Part shown: piece by piece, positions 1 to 9,550 of the stretch
How positions within the stretch are numbered: position 1 is the first letter of the stretch
Layout: each line of letters starts with the position of its first letter
Assembly (NCBI GenBank): GCA_021814565.1
Contig: JAKAIC010000001.1
Location: 1 to 61,360, forward strand
Direction: 5' to 3'
DNA: 61,360 bases
From: Actinomycetes bacterium
Lineage (GTDB): Bacteria > Actinomycetota > Actinomycetes > S36-B12 > UBA5976
Translations under genes and position numbers: made by a program
The notes under the pieces: generated by a model
Seen by the model: only the letters and a program-made list of their open reading frames with translations
What the model was told of the DNA's origin: nothing
The model's database searches: none

Positions 1-1
1 T

Positions 2-1009
2 CTGCCACTGATCGCGGACGTCCCCGAGTTGGCGCCCGAGCTGTCCGTGATGATCGACGGCTGGTGCCCGCAGGGTGTAGCCGATGCCATCTGGTCCCCT
101 GTTGCGGATGTCGCGGCGATAGCCATGGCCGCTTATGCGCCTGCATCCACGTCATCGGTCATGAACATCCGCTCAATCGTCGCGGACTACTGCCTGTGGG
201 TGCACGCGCGTCCGGCGCGCTCCGCCTGCGGAGACCTCACCGCCGAGGAGCTGCTGGCCGAGGGGCTGCTGGAACACTACTTCGCTGGCCCAGTGTCTGA
301 GCGTCCGCATGCGACGCAGGGGACTGTCCGCAGCGTGCTGCGGCGCGTGGTACGCAACTTGCGTCCTGGCAAGCGACCGGAGCCCATCGCCTACACGCCG
401 GTGCAGGCGCCCTACAGCGAAGCCGAGTGTGCCTCGTTCGTGCTGCTTGCACGACATCAGCCGACCGTGCACGGGCGCCGAGAACTGTCGTCACTTATCG
501 CACTCGGCCTTGGTGCCGGTCTGAGTGCGGAGGACTCCCGCAAGATTGCGCCCTGCCACATCCACGAGCTGGATCTCGGCGATGGCGTCACGACGTTGGC
601 GATCCGAGTACCCGGTGAAGCACCTCGGGGTCGCGTCGTCATCATGCGCAGCGCCTATGTGCCGCTTTTGCTTGAGGCAGTCCAACTGCACCAGAAGTCA
701 CGGCGCGGCACGACCAAGCCGCTGTACGGCAATAGCCCCGCTCGTCGCAATGGTGCGAGCCACGTCACCGAGCGTGCCGTCACGGCGATCGAGCAGGGCG
801 TGGACATTAGTGCAGCGCGCCTGCGCACGACGTGGCTGGTGGCCTGCCTGTCGTCACCGGTGCCGTTTGGTGCGCTCATGCATGCCGCGGGCCTGAAGTC
901 GCCTCGCACGTTCACGGACCTGCTGCGCTTCTGCCCGGCTCCCGATCCAGTTGCCGTTGAGCGTGCACTCGCCGCAGTGGCCACCACGAAGGTGGTGGTG
1001 CAGCCATGA
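2..1009 (+). CDS. Module copy 1, gene A (5' end outside window): integrase-fold protein that appears catalytically degenerate
   Basis: Frame is open back to nt 2. Aligns by eye to the C-terminal ~335 aa of the ORF at 32413..34194 (PLIADVPELAPEL.MIDGWCPQGV vs PLITPVPALATEL.MVDGWRPQGV; ARLRTTWLVAC; LMHAAGL). Stop overlaps the next start in ATGA (1006-1009). Confidence 0.7.
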   Translation: MPLIADVPELAPELSVMIDGWCPQGVADAIWSPVADVAAIAMAAYAPASTSSVMNIRSIVADYCLWVHARPARSACGDLTAEELLAEGLLEHYFAGPVSERPHATQGTVRSVLRRVVRNLRPGKRPEPIAYTPVQAPYSEAECASFVLLARHQPTVHGRRELSSLIALGLGAGLSAEDSRKIAPCHIHELDLGDGVTTLAIRVPGEAPRGRVVIMRSAYVPLLLEAVQLHQKSRRGTTKPLYGNSPARRNGASHVTERAVTAIEQGVDISAARLRTTWLVACLSSPVPFGALMHAAGLKSPRTFTDLLRFCPAPDPVAVERALAAVATTKVVVQP

Positions 1010-2787
1010 CCGGCCGCCGCGAATTCGAACGCGTCATGGCACAACTCGAAGCGAGCGGTGCTTGCGGCTACATCGAGTCGCTGCTCCGCCCCGATGGCGC
1101 TGGAGGTCGCCCCCGGCAACTCTCGGTGGCGGTGTTCTTGACCGCAGTGGTCTGCGCTGTCGATGAAAAGCAGGGTGCATTGTCATTGGTGCGAGTGCAT
1201 CACCAACTCACACAGGGCCTGGCCCGCAGCTACCGCGTGCAACTAGGCATCACCACTTTGGATGCCGGCGGTACGGACAGGTCCATCAGCCTGCGCCAGG
1301 TGCGTTACATGCTGGAAGCGATCGAAACGAAACTCGCGTTCAGCGAAGGGCGTGTGCCCGACCTTGCAGATGACGATCGCGCAAACCGTGCCGACGCACT
1401 ACAGCGAGTCCTGGACCTCATCGTGGCCGGGAGTATCCCGGACCATCTGCCCGCACCTGAGTCATGGGCACTGGATGGCACCGCCGTCGAATCCTGGGGC
1501 AAGGGTCGTAGACGCGGTCCCGTTGACCCGGATGCTGATCACGCGCAGGACGACGACCTCATGCGAGATGGCACGGCTGTTGCCGTACAGCCGTTGTTTG
1601 ATGTGGATGCGCGCTGGGGGTACCAGACCAAGACGTACGACAACAAGACGAACCTCTGCTACGGCTACCACGTGTTCGGCATGGTCGGGCTGTTGCCTGT
1701 TGGCGCCGACCCAGATTTGCGACCCAAACTCACGGAGCGGATCAGCATCCGGCCCGCGAATGCGAACGCGATCGTAGCGGCGCTCACCATGATCGACTCC
1801 CTCAACGTCGCCAACCGGCATGTGCGGGAACTGCTTTCCGATCGTGAGTTCTCCTACAAGTCCGAGCAGTCCTGGGCGCAACCGCTGCGGCAGCGCGGAG
1901 TGTCCCAGGTCATGGACCTGCACCCGAATGATCGAGGCATCCGCGACTACAACGGCATCGCCATGATGGACGGTGTCCCCTACTGCAGCGCCGCGCTGGC
2001 CACCCGGCCGGACCTGGTGAACATCGCGCGCCCAGAACGCTTCTCGGCGCCGCCGCTCAAGGCCAACGCCTCCGTAGAAGAGCGGGAAGAGCATGATCGC
2101 GTCACCGCGCAGATCGCAGAGTTCAACAGGCTCAAGAGTGAACCCGAGCAGCGCGCGTTCCGTCGCGTCGCTGGCCCGGACGCCGATGGCAATGAGAGAT
2201 ACGAGTGCCCGGCGCAAGCTGGCAAGCTCATCTGCGCCAACTGTCCGTTCTCACTGAACTTCCTCGACGGCGTGCCGGTCGTCGAGAAGCCCCACGCCCT
2301 GCCCGCGTTGCCGGTGCGGCCAGTCCGCCTTGACTCGTCGGCGACGGCAGCTGAGCGTGAGCAGTACCGGCAGGACCTCGACAGATACAACACGCAAGCG
2401 GACTTCCTGCGCTGCTGCCGCCAGCGCACCATCACCATCCCCGGCACCGTGACACCCAAGACGCGCCAGAAGTTGGCGTGGGGCTCTGAGGACTGGCAGG
2501 AGTCCTACAAGCGCCGTACCCACGTGGAAGGCGCTTTCGGAAACTGGAAGAGCCCGAAGACCTCCCGCGTCCAACGCGGCTGGATCTACGTCGTCGGCCT
2601 TGTCAAGACTGGAATCATGATCGCCTGCGTCGCCTTCGCCACAAACATGCGACTGCTCCGCCGCTGGTCAGAACGAACCGGCGACATCACCGACCCACTG
2701 ACGAAGCCGCTACCGGAGTCGCTCGGGTTCGAGGAACTCGATGCCGACGGCAACCTTGACCTAGCTGACGGTCCACCAGGCGCGTAG
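1006..2787 (+). CDS. Module copy 1, gene B: IS4-like DDE transposase with Cys-rich insert
   Basis: 593 aa. Candidate catalytic D in WALDGTAVESWGK and D in LLSDREFSYKSE. Exact Y-x2-R-x3-E-x6-K signature in SYKRRTHVEGAFGNWK. Cys cluster RYECPAQAGKLICANCP. Close paralogue of 34191..35972. Confidence 0.75.
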   Translation: MTGRREFERVMAQLEASGACGYIESLLRPDGAGGRPRQLSVAVFLTAVVCAVDEKQGALSLVRVHHQLTQGLARSYRVQLGITTLDAGGTDRSISLRQVRYMLEAIETKLAFSEGRVPDLADDDRANRADALQRVLDLIVAGSIPDHLPAPESWALDGTAVESWGKGRRRGPVDPDADHAQDDDLMRDGTAVAVQPLFDVDARWGYQTKTYDNKTNLCYGYHVFGMVGLLPVGADPDLRPKLTERISIRPANANAIVAALTMIDSLNVANRHVRELLSDREFSYKSEQSWAQPLRQRGVSQVMDLHPNDRGIRDYNGIAMMDGVPYCSAALATRPDLVNIARPERFSAPPLKANASVEEREEHDRVTAQIAEFNRLKSEPEQRAFRRVAGPDADGNERYECPAQAGKLICANCPFSLNFLDGVPVVEKPHALPALPVRPVRLDSSATAAEREQYRQDLDRYNTQADFLRCCRQRTITIPGTVTPKTRQKLAWGSEDWQESYKRRTHVEGAFGNWKSPKTSRVQRGWIYVVGLVKTGIMIACVAFATNMRLLRRWSERTGDITDPLTKPLPESLGFEELDADGNLDLADGPPGA

Positions 2788-2946
2788 CACCAGTCGCCTG
2801 CAAGATCCCTGAACAGCTCGCAACAGCCCGCAGCCTCCGGCTAGCGGGCGAGCCGGCGTTCACCGGCAGCGCTTGCGTCGACGAACCAACCCCTGCGCGC
2901 GTTGCTCCGGCCCGCACCATCTGTTTCGTGAGGTGCCGCAAACCAC

Positions 2947-2992
2947 GAAACTCCCCGCGAGAACCTCTCAGAGGCTCCCATCGGGGAGTTTC
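2947..2992. repeat. Imperfect hairpin GAAACTCCCCG...CGGGGAGTTTC, duplicated at 36136..36181
   Basis: 11-nt perfect outer stem with a partly palindromic interior (CCTCTCAGAGG). Near-identical copy downstream of module copy 3, next to tRNA-Ser. Confidence 0.7.
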
Positions 2993-3135
2993 GCAACTCC
3001 GAATCCACTACTTTCGTAAGGACCCCTCTGGCGTGGAAATGACAGGCTGATCTGGCTCCGGCAGGACGGCTCGAAGTGGCCCCACTGATCTGCGGTTTCT
3101 GTTTGAGCGCGACGGCTTGATTTGGCCCCACCTGC

Positions 3136-4752
3136 GTGTTCGCATGTTCGTCTGCGGCGAGCTGGGGACAGGCGATGGGACGCAACCGGGTGGAACTGTT
3201 CGACAAGATCCGTACCGATCACGCGACGGGTGAGTACTCGATCCGCGCGTTGGCTGACCTGCATGGCGTGCATCGGCGCACGGTGCGGCAGGCGTTGGAG
3301 TCGTCGATTCCACCACCGCGAAAGACGCCGCAGCGTGCGGCACCCAAGTTGGGGCCGGTGGCCTCGATCGTCGATCAGTGGCTGCGTGATGACCTCACTG
3401 CTCCGCGTAAACAGCGGCATACCGCGCGCCGGATCTGGGAACGGCTCATCGATGAACACGGGTTGGAGGGGCTGTCGTATTCGACGGTCCGTGACCATGT
3501 CGCTAAGCGCCGCCAGGTGATCGCTGCCGAGGCCGGTGCCAGTGCTGAGGTGTTCATCGTGCAGCAGCATCTGCCCGGTGCTGAGGGCGAGGTGGATTTC
3601 GCTGAGCTCTACGCATACATCAACAACATCAAGGAGAAGCTGCACCTGTTCACGTTGCGCTTGTCGTGCTCGGGCAGGGCGGTGCATGTCGCGTTTCGCA
3701 CTGAAGCGTTGGAAGCATTCTGCGAAGGCCACGTGATCGCCTTTGAACGTCTTGGCGGCATGCCGGAACGGATCCGGTACGACAACCTGAAAGTGGCTGT
3801 CAGCAACGTCCTGATGGGTCGCGAGCGGCGTGAAGCAGACCGTTGGATCATGTTCCGCTCCCACTATGGATTCGACGCGTTCTATTGCCGTCCCGGCGTG
3901 GAAGGGGCGCATGAGAAGGGCGGCGTGGAAGGTGAAGGCGGACGATTCCGTCGCCGGCACTGCGTGCCCATCCCGCACGCAGCATCGTTGGAGGAACTCA
4001 ACGCCATGTTCGCTGCCGCAGACGCAGCAGATGATGCCCGCCGCATCGGGCAGCGTCCCCAAACCGTGGGCCAAATGTTTGCCCTCGAAGCACCCGCGTT
4101 GCGGCCTCTTCCCACCGAACGCTTCGAGACGGGCATCGAGGTGATGACGACAGTGGATCGGCACGCCCGGGTCACGGTCCGCCAAATCCACTACTCCGTG
4201 CCCGCGAAGTTGATCGGCCGCCGCCTGCGGGTGATCGCTCGTGCCAGTGAAATCCTCGTCTTCGACGGCCGGCACGTGGTTGCCCGTCATGAACGTTCCA
4301 CCGCGCGCGGCAGCCAACACCTGCAACTCGACCACTACCTGGAAGTCCTCGCCCGCAAACCCGGTGCCCTGCCCGGTTCGCTGGCGTTGGAACAAGCCCG
4401 CAAGGAAGGGCTGTTCACGGCCACGCATGAAGCGTGGTGGGCTGCAGCACGCGCCGCCCGCGGCGACAGTGACGGCACCCGCGCCTTGATCGATGTGTTG
4501 CTGCTGCACCGGCATCTGCCATCGCACGCAGTGCTTGCTGGCATCCGTGCCGCGCTCACTGTCGGCGCCCACGACCCCGACGTGGTGAGCCTTGAAGCAC
4601 GCCGTGCCGCACGCGGCGAGATGCCAAACGATGAGACAGCGCCTCATGCTTCAGCGGTCGCCCATCTTCCCGTCGATGTTCGCCCGCTGCCCGACACAGC
4701 CCGCTATGACGAACTCCTGACCCACCATCCGAGACGAAAGGTCACCACGTGA
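3136..4752 (+). CDS. istA: IS21-family transposase IstA (N-terminal HTH plus DDE domain)
   Basis: 538-aa ORF. N-terminal HTH (YSIRALADLHGVHRRTVRQAL). Typical size and a 4-nt overlap with istB. True start may be the MGRNRVELF Met at 3175. Confidence 0.8.
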   Translation: MFACSSAASWGQAMGRNRVELFDKIRTDHATGEYSIRALADLHGVHRRTVRQALESSIPPPRKTPQRAAPKLGPVASIVDQWLRDDLTAPRKQRHTARRIWERLIDEHGLEGLSYSTVRDHVAKRRQVIAAEAGASAEVFIVQQHLPGAEGEVDFAELYAYINNIKEKLHLFTLRLSCSGRAVHVAFRTEALEAFCEGHVIAFERLGGMPERIRYDNLKVAVSNVLMGRERREADRWIMFRSHYGFDAFYCRPGVEGAHEKGGVEGEGGRFRRRHCVPIPHAASLEELNAMFAAADAADDARRIGQRPQTVGQMFALEAPALRPLPTERFETGIEVMTTVDRHARVTVRQIHYSVPAKLIGRRLRVIARASEILVFDGRHVVARHERSTARGSQHLQLDHYLEVLARKPGALPGSLALEQARKEGLFTATHEAWWAAARAARGDSDGTRALIDVLLLHRHLPSHAVLAGIRAALTVGAHDPDVVSLEARRAARGEMPNDETAPHASAVAHLPVDVRPLPDTARYDELLTHHPRRKVTT

Positions 4753-5525
4753 GCCGAACAACCAACAGCGCAGATAGTGCCGCCATGACCGTCATCGACC
4801 GCAGCAGCCGCGCCTTGCGGCTGCCCACCATCCGCACCCGTGCCAGCGAAGTGATCGCTGCCGCGACCCGTGAACAGTGGTCCCACGCCCAGTTCCTGGC
4901 CGAGATCCTGGCCAGCGAATGCGACGACCGAGACCTGCGGGCACGAGCACGTCGCGTCGCCGCCGCGGGCTTCCCACGCGCCAAAACATTGGCCGAGTTC
5001 GACACCGACGCCAACCCCCACGTCGAACCCGCACTGCTCGGCACGCTCGCCACTGCCGCTTGGGTGCAAGCCGGGAAACCGTTATGTCTCATTGGTGATT
5101 CCGGCACCGGCAAAAGCCACCTCCTCATCGCCCTCGGCACCGCCGCCGCCGAAGCCGGCCACCGAGTCCGTTACGTGCTCGCCTCACGCCTGGTCAACGA
5201 ACTCGCCGAAGCCGAAAACGAGCGACAACTCACCAGGCTCATCAACCGGTACGGCCGCGTCGATCTGCTCTGCATAGACGAGCTCGGCTACCTGCAACTC
5301 GATCGCCGCGGCGCGGAACTGCTGTTCCAGGTCATGACCGAACGCGAAGAACGAGCCGCCCTCGCCGTGGCCTCCAACGAGCCATTCAGCAACTGGGGCA
5401 ACACCTTCACCGACCCGCGGCTGTGTTCCGCGATCATCGACCGCATCACCTTCAACGGCACCATCATCGAAACCGGCACCACGTCCTACAGGCTCACATC
5501 AACCCGCGCCAACCGCAGCCACTAA
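4749..5525 (+). CDS. istB: IS21-family helper ATPase IstB
   Basis: 258 aa. Walker A GDSGTGKSH and Walker B-like LLCIDELGY. Start overlaps the istA stop. Confidence 0.85.
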   Translation: MSRTTNSADSAAMTVIDRSSRALRLPTIRTRASEVIAAATREQWSHAQFLAEILASECDDRDLRARARRVAAAGFPRAKTLAEFDTDANPHVEPALLGTLATAAWVQAGKPLCLIGDSGTGKSHLLIALGTAAAEAGHRVRYVLASRLVNELAEAENERQLTRLINRYGRVDLLCIDELGYLQLDRRGAELLFQVMTEREERAALAVASNEPFSNWGNTFTDPRLCSAIIDRITFNGTIIETGTTSYRLTSTRANRSH

Positions 5526-5685
5526 CCGACCAGGTGGGGCCACTTCGCGGCGTCCCCGCGGGGCCAAGTCAGATTGACATTTTCACTGGCGGGAGGATCC
5601 TCAAAATGGCCCGTTCAGAGGCGTCTTCGGTGTCCTGTTCGGTCTCAGTCCGGACTTCCCCCATCTCGAAGCTAGTTTTGCCCCC

Positions 5686-6288
5686 ATGGCCGATGTTGAG
5701 TCAGCAGGGTTCTCAATCACACCCGGTGGCAAGGCACCTGCTGCTGCGATCTTGGTGCCCGGTGCACGCTATGACATGGCCGCCCCGTTGTTCGCGAAGC
5801 TCATTGAGGGCCTGAGCGCCGAAGGCCTGGGTTGGGTCGCCATCTCCTGGACCGATTCCGTGCACGGACATGACCTGTCGACCATGTGCCAGCTCGTGGA
5901 CCGTGCCGTCCGAGCCGTTGAGGCACTCGCATCCCAGGACGCCACGATCGTCGCGAAGTCCTTGGGCACGCTCGCTGTTGCGACAGCAGAAGCCCTGCAT
6001 CGGCCGGGAGTGTGGTGGACGCCGATCGTCGGATCGGCAGCCGATCGGGGCGGCTATGGCGCGTACGTCCGTGAGCGTCTGGTCAGGAGGAGCCGCGCCG
6101 ACCTCGTCTTCGGTGGCTCTGCCGACGCGTTGTGGGATCGAACGGCCATTCCCTCGCAGCACCAGACCGTGGAGTTCCCGGGCGCCGATCACGGCCTGGA
6201 GATCGATGGCGACCCAGCGGCAACGGCAGCAATCCACGAAGCGGTCTCTTCTCAGACCCTCGAGTTCATTCGCGGGCACACGCGGTGA
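5686..6288 (+). CDS. Small alpha/beta-hydrolase-like protein
   Basis: 200 aa. Candidate nucleophile elbow-like IVAKSLGT and C-terminal FPGADHGL. Stop overlaps the next start (GTGA). Confidence 0.45.
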   Translation: MADVESAGFSITPGGKAPAAAILVPGARYDMAAPLFAKLIEGLSAEGLGWVAISWTDSVHGHDLSTMCQLVDRAVRAVEALASQDATIVAKSLGTLAVATAEALHRPGVWWTPIVGSAADRGGYGAYVRERLVRRSRADLVFGGSADALWDRTAIPSQHQTVEFPGADHGLEIDGDPAATAAIHEAVSSQTLEFIRGHTR

Positions 6289-7220
6289 GCGTCTCCGACG
6301 CGCCCGACCTCGCGCTGCCTCATGCCGTCCTGGATGCCATCACTCACCACACGGGCGAGGTTGTGCGTGTGACCGCCGCCGAGGCCGGTTTCACGCCGGG
6401 CGTGAAGTATCTGGCGGAGACTGCCGACGGCGGCTTCTACTTCGTCAAGAGTGCACCTTCGGATACCTGGGTGGCCCACGACTACGAGACGGAGGCGCGC
6501 GCTCACCTGTGGCTGCCAGTCACGGCGACCCGGTCGCTGCTGCTGGCCCACCTGACTGTCGGCGACCACCAGACCCTCATCTTCCGCGGGCTGCGAGATC
6601 GCAACCCCGGAGCCAGCGTGTGGGCCGACGAGACCGAGGTTGCTGATGCCCTTCGGGGTCTTGCACGGACCTACTCGGGTATCGACGCGGCAGCACCGGC
6701 TGACCTGCCGAGCAGCGTCACCGATTTCTGGCCCGGGCTGACGTTCTGGCGCGACTGCGCCGCCGGCTTGGCCGTTGCGCCCGAGGGAATCTCGCCGACG
6801 ACTGTGGCGCTGTTCGCCGACCTTGAAGGCCACTGCGTCGCGGTCCTGTCCCGGCCAGAGTGGGCGAGTGAGGTATCGCACGAAGACCTGCGCAGGGATC
6901 AGTTCCTCATCGAAGATGATGGCACGGCAACCGTTATCGACTGGTCCTTTGTGACCCGCACTCCACGGATCGTCGACGCGGTATCCCTTGGAGTCGGAGT
7001 CTGCGTCGCTGGCCTTGATGCCGAGATGGTGCTCGACCCAGCGGGGCCGTTCGACGGCTACGACGCCGATGACATCGACGCGGTTCTGGCTGCACTGGCC
7101 GGGTACTTCTTTCGTGCGACGCTCGTGACGGACGGGAAGCCCGAACGGCTATGCGCCGCGCAACTCGCGCAGGGTCAGGCGTGCGCCATGTGGCTCGGTC
7201 AGCGACGCGCATCGAACTGA
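6285..7220 (+). CDS. Aminoglycoside-phosphotransferase-like (APH/choline kinase fold) protein
   Basis: Brenner-like motif HEDLRRDQFLI followed by VIDWSF. GTG start at 6285 chosen because it overlaps the upstream stop. The tracked ORF start at 6132 would overlap the hydrolase gene. Confidence 0.6.
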   Translation: MSVSDAPDLALPHAVLDAITHHTGEVVRVTAAEAGFTPGVKYLAETADGGFYFVKSAPSDTWVAHDYETEARAHLWLPVTATRSLLLAHLTVGDHQTLIFRGLRDRNPGASVWADETEVADALRGLARTYSGIDAAAPADLPSSVTDFWPGLTFWRDCAAGLAVAPEGISPTTVALFADLEGHCVAVLSRPEWASEVSHEDLRRDQFLIEDDGTATVIDWSFVTRTPRIVDAVSLGVGVCVAGLDAEMVLDPAGPFDGYDADDIDAVLAALAGYFFRATLVTDGKPERLCAAQLAQGQACAMWLGQRRASN

Positions 7221-7490
7221 AGCGCACTCGTGGAAGCAGGAAGCCGGTGCCCCTGCGAGGTGCCGTGAAGCACGCGCGATCCATCGGACATTCAAGCGAG
7301 AGCGTCGCCATCACAAGTTGGCGGCGACGCCATTGCCGCACTGGCAACATGCCGGGAGGGGGAAGCGGTACAGGTTCTGCCGGGTTGAGCAGAAGGACGG
7401 CCCGATGGCCCGCGCAAGAGTCGGTCAACTTGAACTGTGGGTTCACAAGATGTCTCGCAGACATCCGATCGTGGCAGGTGCCCCACCGTG

Positions 7491-8270
7491 TCAGCGGGCC
7501 GTGCCCGTGACTCCGAGCCAGTCCAATGCCGCATCCAGCGAGGGCACCTGCGGCCACTGCCCGTCGCCGTTCACGTGGAGGCGATTGAGCCATACGGCTG
7601 GTAGTCCGGCGGCGGTGGCTCCTGCCACATCGCTGCTGACGACGTCACCAATGTAGGCCGTGACAGTCGGGAGCGTGTCCAGCGCTCGGCACAGAGCCTC
7701 GAACGCACGTGTATCGGGCTTCCCGGCCGGAAGGTCGCTCGATGCCACCACGACATCGACCGCGTCGTACAGACCGATGGCACGCAACTTTGCCTCCTGC
7801 TGTTCGCGCTGGCCGTTGGTGAGCACGCCGATGCGCAGATCGGCACCGCGGAGGGCATCGAGGAATCGGGCGGCGTCGGGGTACGCGGTCCAGGAGGTCT
7901 CGTAGTGGCGCAGGTAGCGCGAGAAGAGCTCGTCCAGGTCGTGTGCCTGCGGATGCTCACCTACGGCGATGAGCGTGTCGTGCACACGTCGTCGACGCTG
8001 CTCCTGGAACGTGATGGCGCCGGTCGTGAAATGGGGGAAGTGCGTGCGCTCAGCTTCCGCCCATGCGGCAGCGGTGACACTCGCGGGCCAGCCGCACTCC
8101 TCGGCCCAACTGCGTGCTGCCGTGTCTGCTGATGCCGCGTGGTCCATCAGCGTTCCGTCCAGGTCCACGCCGACACCTACGAGGTGGGTGGTTCGGACGG
8201 CACTCCGTGTCGGATTCGCGGTCACAGGCTCCATCCTCTCGTCTCGCACAGTGAACAGGCCCGCCAACAC
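7491..8270 (-). CDS. HAD-superfamily hydrolase (subfamily IA-like)
   Basis: Motif I VDLDGTLMD, motif II VLTNG, motif IV YIGDVVSSD. Start uncertain (alternative Met at 8234). Confidence 0.7.
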   Translation of the reverse strand: MLAGLFTVRDERMEPVTANPTRSAVRTTHLVGVGVDLDGTLMDHAASADTAARSWAEECGWPASVTAAAWAEAERTHFPHFTTGAITFQEQRRRRVHDTLIAVGEHPQAHDLDELFSRYLRHYETSWTAYPDAARFLDALRGADLRIGVLTNGQREQQEAKLRAIGLYDAVDVVVASSDLPAGKPDTRAFEALCRALDTLPTVTAYIGDVVSSDVAGATAAGLPAVWLNRLHVNGDGQWPQVPSLDAALDWLGVTGTAR

Positions 8271-8516
8271 GATCGGCCCGCATCGCCCGACCCCGCAGTT
8301 GGACTTCCACCTGAGTGGGGCCGGATCCGTACCGGGTCGGGCCGTGCAGCATCATCGGTCTGGTGGTGTCACGGGACGTACGTCTGCTGACCTGGACGGC
8401 CGATCGGCCATCGGCAAGTGGCAGGTGCGGCCCGTCTGGCCACCTTCGCGCCTCCTAGCGCGCCGCGCGGAACGGCGGACGTTCCCGCGAGGTGCCCGTG
8501 AGGTTCGTGGGCCACA

Positions 8517-9248
8517 ATGAGTGCGAAGGCCGCCCCGCCCCGAGGGTGGCCTTCGTCATTCGCGTGGGTCGTCGAGGCGAGCCGCCGCTCGACGTTTGAT
8601 CGGGGGATCCCGGAGACTTATCCGAGGCAATTCCTTGGCTCGGAGGCCCGAATGGATGTGCGCATGGGGGACGTCCCCACGTGGATCGCAATGTGTGGGG
8701 CGATTGTCGCGGCGTGGCGAGCGAACTCGATCGCAAGGATCGAGGAACAGCGTGACAAGGATTCGGCAAGGCGCGATCGCGAGAGGCAGGCGGTGCAGGT
8801 GTCCGCTTGGGTCGAGGGTTCGACAATGCAGGGCAGCTACGGCCTTGAAGCAACCTGTGTCGTGTGCGTATGCAATCGTTCCGATCAGCCTGTCTATGCG
8901 GTGGACATCACGGTGAAGGACTCAGTGGGCACGTCTCAGCGACATCAGTTGGCCGTGCTCCCGCCGCGCGTGACCGAGCGCTTCCTCATCTCCGAACAGT
9001 TGAGGAACAACGCGATCCTCCACGTCGACATACCTCGCGGGCAGCAGAGGAATGCTTCGTTTGCCCAGGACGATGCAAGGCGCCTAGCTCAGGACCTGCG
9101 CGTTGAGGTGTCGTTCCGCGACGTCAGCAACAACACATGGCGCCGTGGGCTGGACGGGGCGCTTGTCGAAGCGCCTGAGACAACCGCCGCGCGGCCGCGG
9201 CGGTTCTGGTTCACGCGCGCCTGGGGAGCCGGACGCACCGGCTCGTGA
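8517..9248 (+). CDS. Hypothetical protein with one N-terminal TM helix
   Basis: ORF only. A likely shorter start is at MDVRMGDVPTWIAMCGAIVAAW (about nt 8652). No recognisable motif. Confidence 0.35.
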   Translation: MSAKAAPPRGWPSSFAWVVEASRRSTFDRGIPETYPRQFLGSEARMDVRMGDVPTWIAMCGAIVAAWRANSIARIEEQRDKDSARRDRERQAVQVSAWVEGSTMQGSYGLEATCVVCVCNRSDQPVYAVDITVKDSVGTSQRHQLAVLPPRVTERFLISEQLRNNAILHVDIPRGQQRNASFAQDDARRLAQDLRVEVSFRDVSNNTWRRGLDGALVEAPETTAARPRRFWFTRAWGAGRTGS

Positions 9249-9550
9249 CGGAACCTGTGCTTTCTGTGAGGTTCCTACCTGCTCTGCGAGGGGCGCGTCT
9301 GCCAGGCTCGCCGCGAAGGCTGCTGCATCCCCCAGGAGCGGCCTTCGCGGCTTCCCAGAGCACTGACTAGCCGAGAGGTGTTCCTGTCCACAGGTGCACC
9401 GGCCGCGTCATTCGACGACGACACCACGTCCCTGTCGACCGCCGTACGCCGGCTCGCAAGGTAGACAGCGAGGCTTGGCGCAGCGACCGTGCCGAGGCTC
9501 TCGCTTCGCACGGGATCATCTGCAAGGCTGGATCTGGCGGAAGGGATCGC

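Larger units (their letters stand above)
2..3032 (+). mobile_element. Putative A-B transposon, copy I (left end outside window)
   Basis: A-B gene pair plus a ~245-bp right arm homologous to that of copy III. It ends in GGACCCCTCTGGC (3020..3032), the inverse of the motif at the other proposed ends. Confidence 0.45.
3034..5585 (+). mobile_element. IS21-family insertion sequence (istA-istB) with terminal inverted repeats and 6-bp target duplication
   Basis: Left end TGGAAATGACAGGCTGA...GAAGTGGCCCCAC (3034..3085) matches the reverse complement of 5534..5585 at 40 of 52 positions counted by eye. TG...CA termini. CTGGCG directly flanks both ends (3028..3033 and 5586..5591). Confidence 0.85.

Noticed and set aside
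2968-4647. 559-aa ORF on the minus strand across istA. Similar long antisense ORFs occur at 12342..13445, 31049..31861, 34986..35891, 37116..37733, 37788..38516, 40411..41106, 41016..41624, 43110..44069 and 46966..48153.
   Set aside because: Each lies antisense to a gene with clear family motifs and has an Arg/Pro/Gly/Ala-rich, motif-free translation. This is the usual high-GC shadow-ORF artefact.
8596-8610. TTGATCGGGGGATCC, partially resembling the A-B terminal motif (GCCAGGGGGATCC).
   Set aside because: Only the GGGGGATCC core matches. There is no GCCR prefix, no extended TCARAATGG and no partner end, so it is probably chance in GC-rich DNA.
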